From Corallococcus caeni (GTDB lineage Bacteria; Myxococcota; Myxococcia; Myxococcales; Myxococcaceae), in NCBI RefSeq assembly GCF_036245885.1, contig NZ_BTTX01000008.1: a DNA stretch of 64,000 bases. One strand, 5' to 3'. The notes below the pieces were generated by a model. It ran no database searches, was not told the origin of the DNA, and saw nothing but the letters and a program-made list of their open reading frames with translations. Shown here in pieces: positions 44,186 through 53,970 of the stretch; the first letter of the stretch is position 1; each line of letters opens with the position of its first letter. The translations under genes were made by a program, and so were the position numbers.

Positions 44186-45451
44186 ATGGGTCTGACAAAG
44201 GCGCTGCGCTGGGGGTGTTTCGGGGTCCTGGGCCTGCTGGCGGGGTGTGGCGGCATGGACGACGGCGGCGCCCCGGAGGAGGCCTCTGGCCCGGGCCACA
44301 CGGACGCCCAGGTCACCGCGCCCGCGGAGGCCGTGGAGGCCGCGCCCGCGCTGACGCTGCATGACGGGCACCGGGTGCAGGCCACGCCGCCCGTGGCGCC
44401 CCTCCCCTCCCAGTTCCAGCCCGGCTTCCACCAGGCGCTGCGCCTGTCCGGCGGCGTGGGCAGCATCACCACCTACCGGTTGAAGATTCCGGTGGGGCGC
44501 GCGGGCAGCCGGGTGCGCGTCACCTTCCGCTCGGGGGATGGCGGCATGACGCTGCAGCGGGCCACGGTGGCGAAGGCGGGCGCCAACGGCGCGCTGGCGT
44601 CCGCGCCGGTGACGCTCACGTTCAACGGCAACGCCGGCTTCACCGCGAACGCACGCACGCTGGTGACGTCGGATCCGGTCGCGTTCCCGGTGGGGTTCCG
44701 CGACGAGCTGGCCCTCTCCTTCGAGGTGAAGGGAGAGGTGGCCCAGAGCATGATCGACGCGTTCCCGGACAGCTGGATGAAGACCGGCGCCTTCGCGACC
44801 ACGCAAGGGGCGCTGGGCGGCCAGCAGTGGCAGCGGTCCCTTGCCGTGGCCACGGTGGACGTGGAGGGCGCGCCGGGACGCGCGTTCGTGGCCATTGGCG
44901 ACAGCATCACCGAGGGCTACATGGACACGTTCAACGACACGCGCAATGCGTGGCCGGCCCTGGTGGAGAAGCAGCTGGGCGTGCCGGTGGTGAACTCGGG
45001 CGTGTCCGGGCAGGGGTTCTGGGACGCGAACCTCCAGCTACCGCAGGAGGTGCTCGCGCTCCAGGGCGTCACGGACTGCATCGTGCTGCTGGGCACCAAT
45101 GACCTGGGCGCCGCCGACATGACGGTGGAGAAGCTGGAGCAGCGGATGACCCAGATCCTGGATCAGCTCCAGCCCAGGTGCCGGCTGTGGGTGAGCACGC
45201 TGCTGCCCAAGGAGAAGACGAACGAGGGCAGCTACGACGTGGTGAAGGTCCAGCGCCGCGCGTTCAATGAGTGGGTCCGCAAGCTGACGCGCGCGGAGGT
45301 CATCGACCTGGAAGCGGTGATGCGCCAGCCGGGCAACGCGGACCTCTTCATTGATGGACTGGAGGTGGATGGCATCCATCCCTCCGCGGAGGGCCACCGC
45401 GTCATGGCGGCCGAGGTGGCGCGGGTCCTCAAGGAGAAGGGCGGCCTGTAG
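44186..45451 (+). CDS. SGNH/GDSL-family hydrolase lipoprotein
   Basis: Lipobox LLAGC. GDSITEG block I, GTNDLG block III and DGIHPS block V. The start is taken at MGLTKALRW. The ORF is open from 44153. Confidence 0.75.
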   Translation: MGLTKALRWGCFGVLGLLAGCGGMDDGGAPEEASGPGHTDAQVTAPAEAVEAAPALTLHDGHRVQATPPVAPLPSQFQPGFHQALRLSGGVGSITTYRLKIPVGRAGSRVRVTFRSGDGGMTLQRATVAKAGANGALASAPVTLTFNGNAGFTANARTLVTSDPVAFPVGFRDELALSFEVKGEVAQSMIDAFPDSWMKTGAFATTQGALGGQQWQRSLAVATVDVEGAPGRAFVAIGDSITEGYMDTFNDTRNAWPALVEKQLGVPVVNSGVSGQGFWDANLQLPQEVLALQGVTDCIVLLGTNDLGAADMTVEKLEQRMTQILDQLQPRCRLWVSTLLPKEKTNEGSYDVVKVQRRAFNEWVRKLTRAEVIDLEAVMRQPGNADLFIDGLEVDGIHPSAEGHRVMAAEVARVLKEKGGL

Positions 45452-45547
45452 CCCCTGTCCGGCTGCAAAGCGTACGAGGGGTTTGAATAGGTTGGGGAGC
45501 ACTGCGTCCTTGCGGTGTTCCCGTCTCCCATCTTCTCCGGAGCCCCC

Positions 45548-45889
45548 GTGCGTGCCCACCCCGCCGCCCTCGTCATCGCCTGCCTCGCCCTGCCCTCCCT
45601 CGCGTACGCGTCCGCGCTCCGGTGCGACAACAAGATCGTCTCTGAAGGCGCCTCCAAGACGGACGCGCTGGCCAAGTGCGGCGAACCGGTTTCGCGGGAG
45701 AGCCGCACGGAGTACGTGACCCGGAAGGTCAAGTCCAAGACGCCCTCCGAGGAGGACTCCACGGAGGTGACGTCCTCCACCACCGTGGACGAGTGGACCT
45801 ACAACTTCGGGCCCCACCGGCTCCTCCAGGTGGCCATCTTCCGCGACGGCCGCCTCGTGGACGTGCGCAGCGGCTCCTACGGCTACTGA
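45548..45889 (+). CDS. Small secreted protein, DUF2845-like
   Basis: Signal peptide, then RCDNKIVSEGASKTDALAKCGEP. The GTG at 45548 has GGAGCC at -5. The ORF is open from a GTG at 45515. Confidence 0.5.
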   Translation: MRAHPAALVIACLALPSLAYASALRCDNKIVSEGASKTDALAKCGEPVSRESRTEYVTRKVKSKTPSEEDSTEVTSSTTVDEWTYNFGPHRLLQVAIFRDGRLVDVRSGSYGY

Positions 45890-47823
45890 GGCGGTTGCCC
45901 CGGGGCCGCGTGCGCCAGCGGCCCCAAGTGCTGCTCCAGCAGCTGGCGCATGAACGCCGGACGCTGAACCAGCGTCTCCCGCAGGTACTGGACGTGCCCG
46001 TTCCACGCCTCCACGGAGGCGGGCTGGCTCCAGCGCGCCACGTGGTCGGGCATCTCCGGCGTGAGCGCCTCCGCCACCGCGTCCAGGGCCGCCGTCACCC
46101 GCTCCGCGGCGAAGGTGTGCTCGAGGTGCCAGAGGAAGCGCTCGATGAAGCGGGCCTTGAACTCCGGCGACTGGAGCAACCCCTTCAGCAGCAACGTCGA
46201 CCAGGCCGCCACCGGCGACGGTTCGTCCAGCACGCGCCCCAGGCTGTCGAAGTCCGGGCCGAAGCGCAGGGCGAAGTCCAGGTCATACACGAGCCAGCGC
46301 CAGCGGCCGTCGTGTCCGTAGGGCGCGTCCGGTTCGAGCTTCTTCGTGCGCAGCCGCCAGAACTTCACGTTGTTCTCCGGCCAGTCCACGTTGGCCAGGT
46401 AGAGCTGGGCGACCTGGAAGTCGATGAAGTCCTCCACGTCGATCTGCGTGCGCACCCAGGCGAGGTGCTCCGGCACCGCCAGGTCGTGCGTCGCCACGAA
46501 GTCGATGATGGCCTGGTAGGGCTGCTCATCTCCCGCCTCCCCCACGTCCAGCATCCCGAACCGCTCCAGGATGACGGCCTTCTTGCGGTCCACGCCGTAG
46601 TGCGACGCCAGGTAGTACTCATCCAGGCGCTCGCGCATTTCGTGCAGGCCCCAGTACTCACCGTCGATGAACACGAGCGTGGGCCGGCAGGCCTGGAGCG
46701 CGAGCCGCGTCTGGGCCAGCAGCCCCTGCAGCACGCAGTCGCGCAGCTTCGTGATGCCCTGATCCTGTCCCGACGTGCGCACCACCAGCCGCGTGAACTC
46801 CGTCACCGCCGAGCCGGGGAACACCGCGCCCGCGAACGTCTTCGGGCCGTAGTCCTCCTTCGCGTACAGCCGCAGGCTCTTCTGCGGCAGCACCGCGCTG
46901 CCCGAGCCGTGGATGCGCACGCCCGCGTCCTGGGCGAACACGCGGTCGCCGGAGGACTCGAACCACTCCACGTGGACGGGGCGCTCCCACTCCTTGCCGT
47001 CCTGCGTGTAGTTGGCCGCCTCCGGGTTGTCGGGCTGCGCCTGGGAGAGGAGGCCGGGGACGTAGATGCCCGTCGCCGGGTCGAAGAAGTTCGCCGCGTC
47101 GCTGACGAGCGACAGCACCGGCAGCGTGTACGGCGTCCGGCCGATGACGAACGTGCGGGTGCGCACCGGGCCCACCGGCTCCGTGCCCGCGTACTGCCGG
47201 TAGCGCACCACCGCGGCCTGGGGCGGCTCCTCCAGCGGCGTCACCCACCGCGAGCCTTCAACGGCGCTGGGCGCCGTCGTGGGGACGAAGGCCCACCGCA
47301 CCGGCGGCGTGGAGCGCCTCAGCAGCGCGATGGGGCCGGTGTAGCGCGACGACGCGGGCGTGGGCGTGGAGCCGTCCCGCGTGAAGTACGTCCGCAGGCC
47401 CGGGGCCGTGGGCAACACCAGCAGCGTCTCCGGCTGGTAGAGCCCGGGCCGCGCGTCGAACGCCAGGTGCTGGAAGTCGACGCGGGCCCGCGCCTCGGCG
47501 CCTTGCCTGTCGCGCGCCACCACCTCCAGCGCCAGCGCGCGGCGCCCCGGCCACCAGGGCAGGCTCCAGCGGCCGCCGCCCACGTCGGCATGCCCCAGGA
47601 AGCGCCCGTCCTCGAAGACCTCCACCCGCACCCCGCCCGCGTCGCTCGCCACCGTGCCGAACAGCCGGTGCGTGTCCGGCTCATGCCCGTCGAGGGTGAC
47701 GCGCGGCTGCAAGGGCGCCGGAAGCTCGGCCTCGCTCAGCCGCCGTTCGGGTTCAGGCCCACAGGCGGAGGCGGAAAGGACGAGGAGGCCAATGAGGAGG
47801 GAGACAAGCGGACGAAGAACCAT
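45883..47823 (-). CDS. CotH kinase-family lipoprotein
   Basis: Lipobox LSASAC. The C-terminal ~400 aa have CotH-like composition and motifs (DFDSLGRV, WPENNVKFW). 646 aa. Confidence 0.65.
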   Translation of the reverse strand: MVLRPLVSLLIGLLVLSASACGPEPERRLSEAELPAPLQPRVTLDGHEPDTHRLFGTVASDAGGVRVEVFEDGRFLGHADVGGGRWSLPWWPGRRALALEVVARDRQGAEARARVDFQHLAFDARPGLYQPETLLVLPTAPGLRTYFTRDGSTPTPASSRYTGPIALLRRSTPPVRWAFVPTTAPSAVEGSRWVTPLEEPPQAAVVRYRQYAGTEPVGPVRTRTFVIGRTPYTLPVLSLVSDAANFFDPATGIYVPGLLSQAQPDNPEAANYTQDGKEWERPVHVEWFESSGDRVFAQDAGVRIHGSGSAVLPQKSLRLYAKEDYGPKTFAGAVFPGSAVTEFTRLVVRTSGQDQGITKLRDCVLQGLLAQTRLALQACRPTLVFIDGEYWGLHEMRERLDEYYLASHYGVDRKKAVILERFGMLDVGEAGDEQPYQAIIDFVATHDLAVPEHLAWVRTQIDVEDFIDFQVAQLYLANVDWPENNVKFWRLRTKKLEPDAPYGHDGRWRWLVYDLDFALRFGPDFDSLGRVLDEPSPVAAWSTLLLKGLLQSPEFKARFIERFLWHLEHTFAAERVTAALDAVAEALTPEMPDHVARWSQPASVEAWNGHVQYLRETLVQRPAFMRQLLEQHLGPLAHAAPGQPPQ

Positions 47824-47901
47824 GGCGGTCCTCGTCCTGTACCAGACAACGCTTTGACCTCACACCACCCGCTGACACAGCGCGGCGGAGGCCCTTGTCC
47901 G

Positions 47902-48624
47902 TCACCCGGGGAGCGCGGCGGACTCCAGCAGGCCGTGCTTCTGGAGCAGCGCGGCCAGCGCGGGCGGCGCGAGCATCCAGTCCTCGCGCGTGGGCACCCA
48001 GCGCACGGGGGCCCCGGCGGCGGCGAGCCGCGCGTTCACCTCCGCGATCATCGGCGCGAAGGTGGGCTGCGGCACGTCCCAGCTCCCCACGCCCGCCTGG
48101 ACCTCCACGGCGCCGGGCTCCACGCGCACCGCGGGCTGGCCCTGCACCGGTTGGATGGCGAAGCCCGGCAGGTACGGCTGCATGGCGGCGGAGAGCCGAT
48201 CCAGCAGCGTCGGGTCCTCGAAGGGGTGGGCGCCCTCCAGGTCGAAGAAGGTGGGCAACTGCGCCTGGAGCTCGTCGCGCAGCGGGTCCTCCTTGCTGTC
48301 GCGCCAGGCGTGCTCGGCCAGGACGCGGGCCTCGTGGGGGATGCGGATCTCCCAGCGCTCCAGGAGCGCGAGCAGCTCCGCCACGCGCTCCACCTCCTCC
48401 CACGGCGGCTCCACGCGCGTGAGCCAGGCCACCTCCGCCACCGTCTGCCCCCGGCGAAGGCCCGTCACCCGGTCCCCCTTGCGCAGCTGGAAGGGCGGCG
48501 CCTGGGTGAACTCCGGATCCGGATAGAGGGCGGTGTGCAGCAACCCCGTCCCCGCTTCCGGGCGCACGCGCGCGAAGCCGTGCTTGGGGTTGATCTCCTC
48601 CACGACGAACGTCTCCTGGGCCAT
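47902..48624 (-). CDS. Hypothetical protein (240 aa)
   Basis: AG-rich RBS region upstream. Lies 10 bp downstream of the ppc stop. Protein-like composition. No family recognised. Confidence 0.45.
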   Translation of the reverse strand: MAQETFVVEEINPKHGFARVRPEAGTGLLHTALYPDPEFTQAPPFQLRKGDRVTGLRRGQTVAEVAWLTRVEPPWEEVERVAELLALLERWEIRIPHEARVLAEHAWRDSKEDPLRDELQAQLPTFFDLEGAHPFEDPTLLDRLSAAMQPYLPGFAIQPVQGQPAVRVEPGAVEVQAGVGSWDVPQPTFAPMIAEVNARLAAAGAPVRWVPTREDWMLAPPALAALLQKHGLLESAALPG

Positions 48625-48634
48625 GGTCTCTTCT

Positions 48635-51304
48635 CTAACCGGTGTTCCGCATGCCCGCAGCGATGCCGTTGAGCGCCAGCAGCAGCGGCCGGTCGCACTC
48701 TGTGTCCCCGTCGCGCTTGCGCTTGAGCAGCTCCACCTGGAGGAAGGACATGGGGTCCACGTAGGGGTTTCTCAGCGCGATGCTCCGCTGCAGCTGCGGG
48801 TTGTTGTCCAGGAGCTTCGCCTCCCCGGTGAGCGACTTCACCGCGCGGCGCGTGCGCGAGTGCTCCTGCTGGATGCGCAGCCACAGGGGCCGCGTGGACG
48901 CGGGGGCCAGCTTCGCGTACCGCGCCGCGATGGCCATGTCCGTCTTGGCCAGCACCATGGTCACGTTGTCGATGACCGTGTGGAAGAAGGGCCACTCCTT
49001 GTACATGCGCTGCAGGAGCGCCGCGCCCTCCGGCGTGGCCGCGTACGCCTCCAGCGCGCTGCCCACGCCGTACCAGGCCGGGAGGATGGCGCGCGTCTGC
49101 GTCCAGGCGAAGCTCCAGGGGATGGCGCGCAGCGTGTCCAGCCCACCCGCCTTGCGCTTGCTGGGGCGCGAGCCGATGGGCAGCGCGGCGATCTCCTCCA
49201 CCGGCGTGCCCGTCATGAAGAACTCCACGAAGCGCGGGTCCTCCCAGACGAGCCCGCGGTACGCCTTGCGCCCCTCCTCCGCCAGCACGTCGAAGGCGGC
49301 GCGGAAGGCGGACTCGTCCTCCGGGGACGGGCGCGGCTGCGCGTCCAGCGTGTGCAGGAGCACGCCGCCCACCACCAGCTCCAGCGTGCGCTGGGTGAGC
49401 TCCGGGCGCGCGTACTTGTGGTCCATCGCCTCGCCCTGTTCGGTGGCCTTGTAGGCCCCGGCCACCGTGCCCGGCGGCAGCGCGAGGATGGCCGTCTGGG
49501 CGGGGCCGCCGCCGCGCGCCACCGTCTCACCGCGGCCGTGGAACAGGCGCAGGGGCACGTCGTGCTCGTCCGCCACGTGGGTGAGCGCCACCTGGGCGCG
49601 GTACAGCGCGGCGGCCGCGGCCAGCAGGCCCACCTCCTTGCCGGAGTCGCTGTAGCCCACCATCACCTCCTGCACGCCCCGGCCCTTCAGGTGCTGGCGG
49701 TACTCCGGGTGCGCGAAGAGCTGGCGCAGCACCTCCGGCCCGCCGTCCAGCGCGCCCAGCTGCTCGAAGAGGGGCGCCACGTCCACGGTGGCGCACTGCC
49801 GCGCGTTGTCCCAGAGGCCCGCCTGCTTCAGGCACCGGAAGGCCGCCAGCACGTCGTCCGCCGTGGAGGCCATGGAGAGGATGAGCGTGCGGCAGACGGA
49901 CTCGCCGCCCTCGTCCTGGCCCTCGCGCAGCCGGGCCAGCACCTCCAGGAGCCGCTTGCCGCCCTCGGTGGGGGGCGGTCCGCCGTCGAAGGACGCCGCC
50001 GCGCTCACCGCGTCCTCCGCGGGCGCCCGCACCTCCAGCTCGCCCAGGCCCAGGCCCAGCGCGCGGACGCGCTCGGACATGCGGCGCACCTCGCGCAGCC
50101 CCGCGTTCTCCGCGCGCGCCGCGAAGAGCGACCGCTCCAGCACCGCGAGGTCCTCCCCCAGCGCCTCCGGGGAGCGGTAGGCCCCGGGCGGCAGCGTGGA
50201 GTCCTGCCCCTGCCGCCGCGCCAGCACGTGCGCCAGCGCCAGCGACAGGCGCTCCTCCATGAAGCGCAGCTTGCGGCGCCACGGCTCGCCCAGCGTGCGC
50301 GGCCCCTGCTGCTTCGCCACGTCCGGCAGCGCCTTCGCGTCCTCCTCCAGCGAGCGCTCCAGCTCCTGGGTGGGGCGCGCGTGCCGCTCCGACTGCGACA
50401 GCATGCCGCCCAGCTGCTCCACGTCGCGCAGGAGCAGCCTCAGCCCCCGGGCGCGGTGCGCGCGCAGCGTGTCCGCGAACACCTCCGGCGTCACCAGCGG
50501 GTTGCCGTCCATGTCGCCGCCCACCCACGAGTGCACGCGCACGGGCGTGTCCAGCACGCCCAGGGGCTCGCCGTAGGCCCGCTCGAAGGCCCAGTCCAGC
50601 GCCTCCGGCAGCCGGGCCACCGGCTCCGACAGCATCTCCTCCACGTACCAGTGGACGTTCTTCACCTCGTCGCCCACGGTGGGGCGCTCGCGGCGCAGCT
50701 CGTCCGTCTGCCAGAGCGCGGTGATCTCCTCGCGCATCGCCGTGAGGTTCGCGGCGGACTCGCGCGGGGTGAGCGCGCACCGGTCGCGCTCCTCCAGCAG
50801 CCGCGCCAGCCGGTAGAGCTTCTCCAGCAGCGTCCGGCGCACCGCCTGGGTCGGGTGCGCGGTGAACGTCAGCGTCACCTTCAGCGTCCCCAGCGTCTCA
50901 CGCACCTTGTCGGCGCTCACGCCCGCGGCCTTCAGCGTCAGCAGCGTCGCCTCCAGCGACCCCTTCTGGGGACGGGTGGCGGTGGGGCTCGCGTGGGCCC
51001 GGGCGCGGCGGATGCGGTGGTGCTGCTCCGCCAGGTTCACCAGCTGGAAGTAGACGGAGAAGGCGCGCAGCACCGGCTCCACCTGCTCCGACGGCAGCCG
51101 CCGCAGCACCGCCGCCAGCTCCGCCGCCGCAGCGCGTCGTCCGGCCACCGGACCCCGCCGGCGCTGGATGGCCAGGAGGCGGACCTCCTCCTCCTTGTCG
51201 AACAGGGCCTGTCCCTCCTGTTCCACCAACACCTCACCCAACAGCCGGCCCAAGAGCCGGACATCCCGCCGCAGCGGGGGATCCACGGGACGTGAACGCG
51301 CCAT
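48635..51304 (-). CDS. ppc: Phosphoenolpyruvate carboxylase
   Basis: PEPC signature VGYSDSGKEVG and the C-terminal ...GIAAGMRNTG. 889 aa. Confidence 0.95.
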   Translation of the reverse strand: MARSRPVDPPLRRDVRLLGRLLGEVLVEQEGQALFDKEEEVRLLAIQRRRGPVAGRRAAAAELAAVLRRLPSEQVEPVLRAFSVYFQLVNLAEQHHRIRRARAHASPTATRPQKGSLEATLLTLKAAGVSADKVRETLGTLKVTLTFTAHPTQAVRRTLLEKLYRLARLLEERDRCALTPRESAANLTAMREEITALWQTDELRRERPTVGDEVKNVHWYVEEMLSEPVARLPEALDWAFERAYGEPLGVLDTPVRVHSWVGGDMDGNPLVTPEVFADTLRAHRARGLRLLLRDVEQLGGMLSQSERHARPTQELERSLEEDAKALPDVAKQQGPRTLGEPWRRKLRFMEERLSLALAHVLARRQGQDSTLPPGAYRSPEALGEDLAVLERSLFAARAENAGLREVRRMSERVRALGLGLGELEVRAPAEDAVSAAASFDGGPPPTEGGKRLLEVLARLREGQDEGGESVCRTLILSMASTADDVLAAFRCLKQAGLWDNARQCATVDVAPLFEQLGALDGGPEVLRQLFAHPEYRQHLKGRGVQEVMVGYSDSGKEVGLLAAAAALYRAQVALTHVADEHDVPLRLFHGRGETVARGGGPAQTAILALPPGTVAGAYKATEQGEAMDHKYARPELTQRTLELVVGGVLLHTLDAQPRPSPEDESAFRAAFDVLAEEGRKAYRGLVWEDPRFVEFFMTGTPVEEIAALPIGSRPSKRKAGGLDTLRAIPWSFAWTQTRAILPAWYGVGSALEAYAATPEGAALLQRMYKEWPFFHTVIDNVTMVLAKTDMAIAARYAKLAPASTRPLWLRIQQEHSRTRRAVKSLTGEAKLLDNNPQLQRSIALRNPYVDPMSFLQVELLKRKRDGDTECDRPLLLALNGIAAGMRNTG

Positions 51305-51505
51305 AACGGACCGGAACCGTAGTCCTTCGCCCCCCGCCCTCCCCTACCCAATCTCGAATTTTCGACCAACGTCGAACGGAAGACTCTCTCCGTCCTTGCA
51401 GGAAAAATTTAGCCTCCCGGTCTTCCCTTGAGGACATGGCTTCCATTAGAAAGTGAGCGCTCCCGGACCCGCCGGGATGTCTGACCTGACCCTGAAGGAG
51501 TGGCA

Positions 51506-53857
51506 ATGCGGAAGAATCCGTCTTGGCTGGCCCTGGGCCTGCTCGCGCTCGCGGCGCCGTCCGCGTACGCGGAGCGGGCTTGGTACGAGAAGCCGCAATC
51601 CGACGTCGCCGCGCCGGCCGCGTCGCTGCGCAAGTCCGTTGTGCAGGACGTCACGGACGACCTGCCGCACCGGCTGGGTGAGCAGCAGAAGGAGCTGAAG
51701 GCGCAGGCCCTGCGGGAGCGCCTGGAAGGCCGTGGTCAGCCCGGCAAGGTGCAGAAGCTGGCGAACGGGAAGTTCGTGGAGCTGGAGCTGGAGCGCACGG
51801 ACCGCATCTTCGTGATCCTCGTGGAGTACGGCACGCAGATCCACCCGGTGTACGGCAACCCCGCCACCAACCCGGGCGGCAACATCCCGGGCCCGCTGCA
51901 CAACGAAATTCCGGCCCCTGACCGGGCGGTGGACAACACCACCATCTGGCAGCCGAACTACGACCGCGCGCACTTCGAGAAGCTCTACTTCGACACGACG
52001 CCGGGCGCGGACTCGGTGGCGAACTACTACAAGGCCGCGTCGTCGGGCCGCTACACCGTGTCCGGCACGGTGTCCGAGTGGGTGAAGGTGCCGTACAACG
52101 CCGCCCGCTACGGCAACAACCTGTGCGGCAGCTCCAGCTGCTCCAACTCCGTGTGGCCGCTGATCAGCGATGCCATCAAGGCGTGGACCAACGCCCAGCT
52201 GGCCGCCGGCAAGACGCCCGCGGAGATCAAGGCGTACCTGGACACGTTCGACACGTGGGACCGGTACGACTACGACGGCGACGGCAACTTCGACGAGCCG
52301 GACGGCTACATCGACCACTTCCAGATCGTCCACGCCGGCATGGGCGAGGAAGTCGGCGGCGGCGCGCAGGGCACCAACGCCGTGTGGAGCCACCGCTGGT
52401 TCGCGTACAGCACGGGCGGGAGCGCGGACGGCACCGGCCCCGCGTACAACCCGAACGGCGGCACGCGCTTCAACGCGAACGTGGACAAGTGGGTGGGCGA
52501 CTACACCATCCAGCCGGAGAACGGCGGACTGGGCGTGTTCGCGCACGAGTTCGGCCACGACCTGGGCCTGCCGGACCACTACGACACGACGAACGCGGCG
52601 GACAACGGGACGGGCTTCTGGACCATCATGTCGTCCGGCTCGTACCTGAACGACGGCACCACGGACATCGGCAGCCGTCCGGGTGACTTCTTCGCCTGGG
52701 ACAAGCTGCAGCTGGGCTGGCTGGACTACGCCACCACGTCGGCGGGCCTGTACTCGTACCACCGGCTGGGCCCCGCGGAGTTCACGTCGCAGAACGCGAA
52801 GCAGGCGCTGCTGGTGAAGCTGCCCGGCAAGCCCATCGTGCAGCCCACGACCGCGCCGTTCGAGGGTCAGGGCATGTGGCAGGGCGGCCAGGGCAACAAC
52901 CTGGACCGCGTGCTGGAGAAGACGGTCAAGCTGCCGAACAAGACGCCCATCACCTTCTCCTTCCAGACGTGGTTCGACATCGAGGAGGACTGGGACTACG
53001 CCTACGTCGCGCTGTCCGTGGAGGGTGGCCCGTTCGTCAACCTGCCCAGCCCGGTGAGCCGCGACACGAACCCGTGGGGCAACAACCTGGGCAACGGCAT
53101 CACCGGCACGTCCAACGGCTGGGTGCCGCTGTCGTTCGACCTGTCGGCCTACGCGGGCAAGAAGGTCACGCTGAAGATCCGCTACAAGACGGACGGGGCG
53201 GAGTTCGGCAAGGGCTTCCTGGTGGACTTCGTGCAGCTGTTCGCGAAGAACACCTACGTCTTCGGTGACGACGGCGAGTGGGGCCACAAGTGGTGGGACA
53301 AGTCCACGTTCTTCGTGACGGACGGCACCAACACCCTCTACGACCACTACTACCTGGCCGAGTGGCGCCAGTTCCGCGGCTGCGACGAGACGCTGGCCAC
53401 GGGCCCGTACAACTACGGCTTCAGCGCGGACGGCCTGTACGACTGGGCGGAGCGCTACCCGTACAACCCCGGCCTGCTCGTCACGTACTGGGACACCTCC
53501 CAGTCGAACAACAACGTGTCCCAGCACCCCGGTGCGGGCCGCATCCTGCCCATCGACTCGCGCCCGCAGCCCCTGCAGCGCAGCGACGGCCGCTACTGGT
53601 CCGGCCGCGTGCAGACGCACGACGCGACGTTCGGCCTGGAGCCCAGCTTCCCGCTGTCCATCAAGCCCAACGGCTTCCCGCGCAACGAGTACCCCTCGCA
53701 GCCCGCGGTGCCGGTGTTCAACGACACGAACGAGTTCTGGTACTCCACGCAGCCGTACGGCGGCGTGAAGGTCCCGAAGACGGGCACCATCATCGAGGTG
53801 CTGTCGACGAACAAGAACGACACCGTGATGCAGGTCCAGGTGCGTCCGGTCGAGTGA
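51506..53857 (+). CDS. Secreted M6-family (immune inhibitor A-like) zinc metalloprotease
   Basis: Signal peptide. Zinc site HEFGHDLGLPDHYD. AAGGAG RBS upstream of the ATG at 51506. 784 aa. Confidence 0.85.
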   Translation: MRKNPSWLALGLLALAAPSAYAERAWYEKPQSDVAAPAASLRKSVVQDVTDDLPHRLGEQQKELKAQALRERLEGRGQPGKVQKLANGKFVELELERTDRIFVILVEYGTQIHPVYGNPATNPGGNIPGPLHNEIPAPDRAVDNTTIWQPNYDRAHFEKLYFDTTPGADSVANYYKAASSGRYTVSGTVSEWVKVPYNAARYGNNLCGSSSCSNSVWPLISDAIKAWTNAQLAAGKTPAEIKAYLDTFDTWDRYDYDGDGNFDEPDGYIDHFQIVHAGMGEEVGGGAQGTNAVWSHRWFAYSTGGSADGTGPAYNPNGGTRFNANVDKWVGDYTIQPENGGLGVFAHEFGHDLGLPDHYDTTNAADNGTGFWTIMSSGSYLNDGTTDIGSRPGDFFAWDKLQLGWLDYATTSAGLYSYHRLGPAEFTSQNAKQALLVKLPGKPIVQPTTAPFEGQGMWQGGQGNNLDRVLEKTVKLPNKTPITFSFQTWFDIEEDWDYAYVALSVEGGPFVNLPSPVSRDTNPWGNNLGNGITGTSNGWVPLSFDLSAYAGKKVTLKIRYKTDGAEFGKGFLVDFVQLFAKNTYVFGDDGEWGHKWWDKSTFFVTDGTNTLYDHYYLAEWRQFRGCDETLATGPYNYGFSADGLYDWAERYPYNPGLLVTYWDTSQSNNNVSQHPGAGRILPIDSRPQPLQRSDGRYWSGRVQTHDATFGLEPSFPLSIKPNGFPRNEYPSQPAVPVFNDTNEFWYSTQPYGGVKVPKTGTIIEVLSTNKNDTVMQVQVRPVE

Positions 53858-53901
53858 GCGCTTGAGCCTCACCTGAGCTTCAACGCTGAGTCGTGAAGGA
53901 A

Positions 53902-53938
53902 GGCCGGTCCCGCTTCGACGCGGGGCCGGCCTTTTTCT
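53902..53938 (+). terminator. Rho-independent terminator after the M6 protease gene
   Basis: Stem GGCCGGTCCCG / CGGGGCCGGCC with an 8-nt loop, followed by TTTTTCT, about 45 bp after the stop. Confidence 0.7.
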
Positions 53939-53970
53939 GTCCGGGGGACAGGGGCCAGCGGGCCTGTAGG

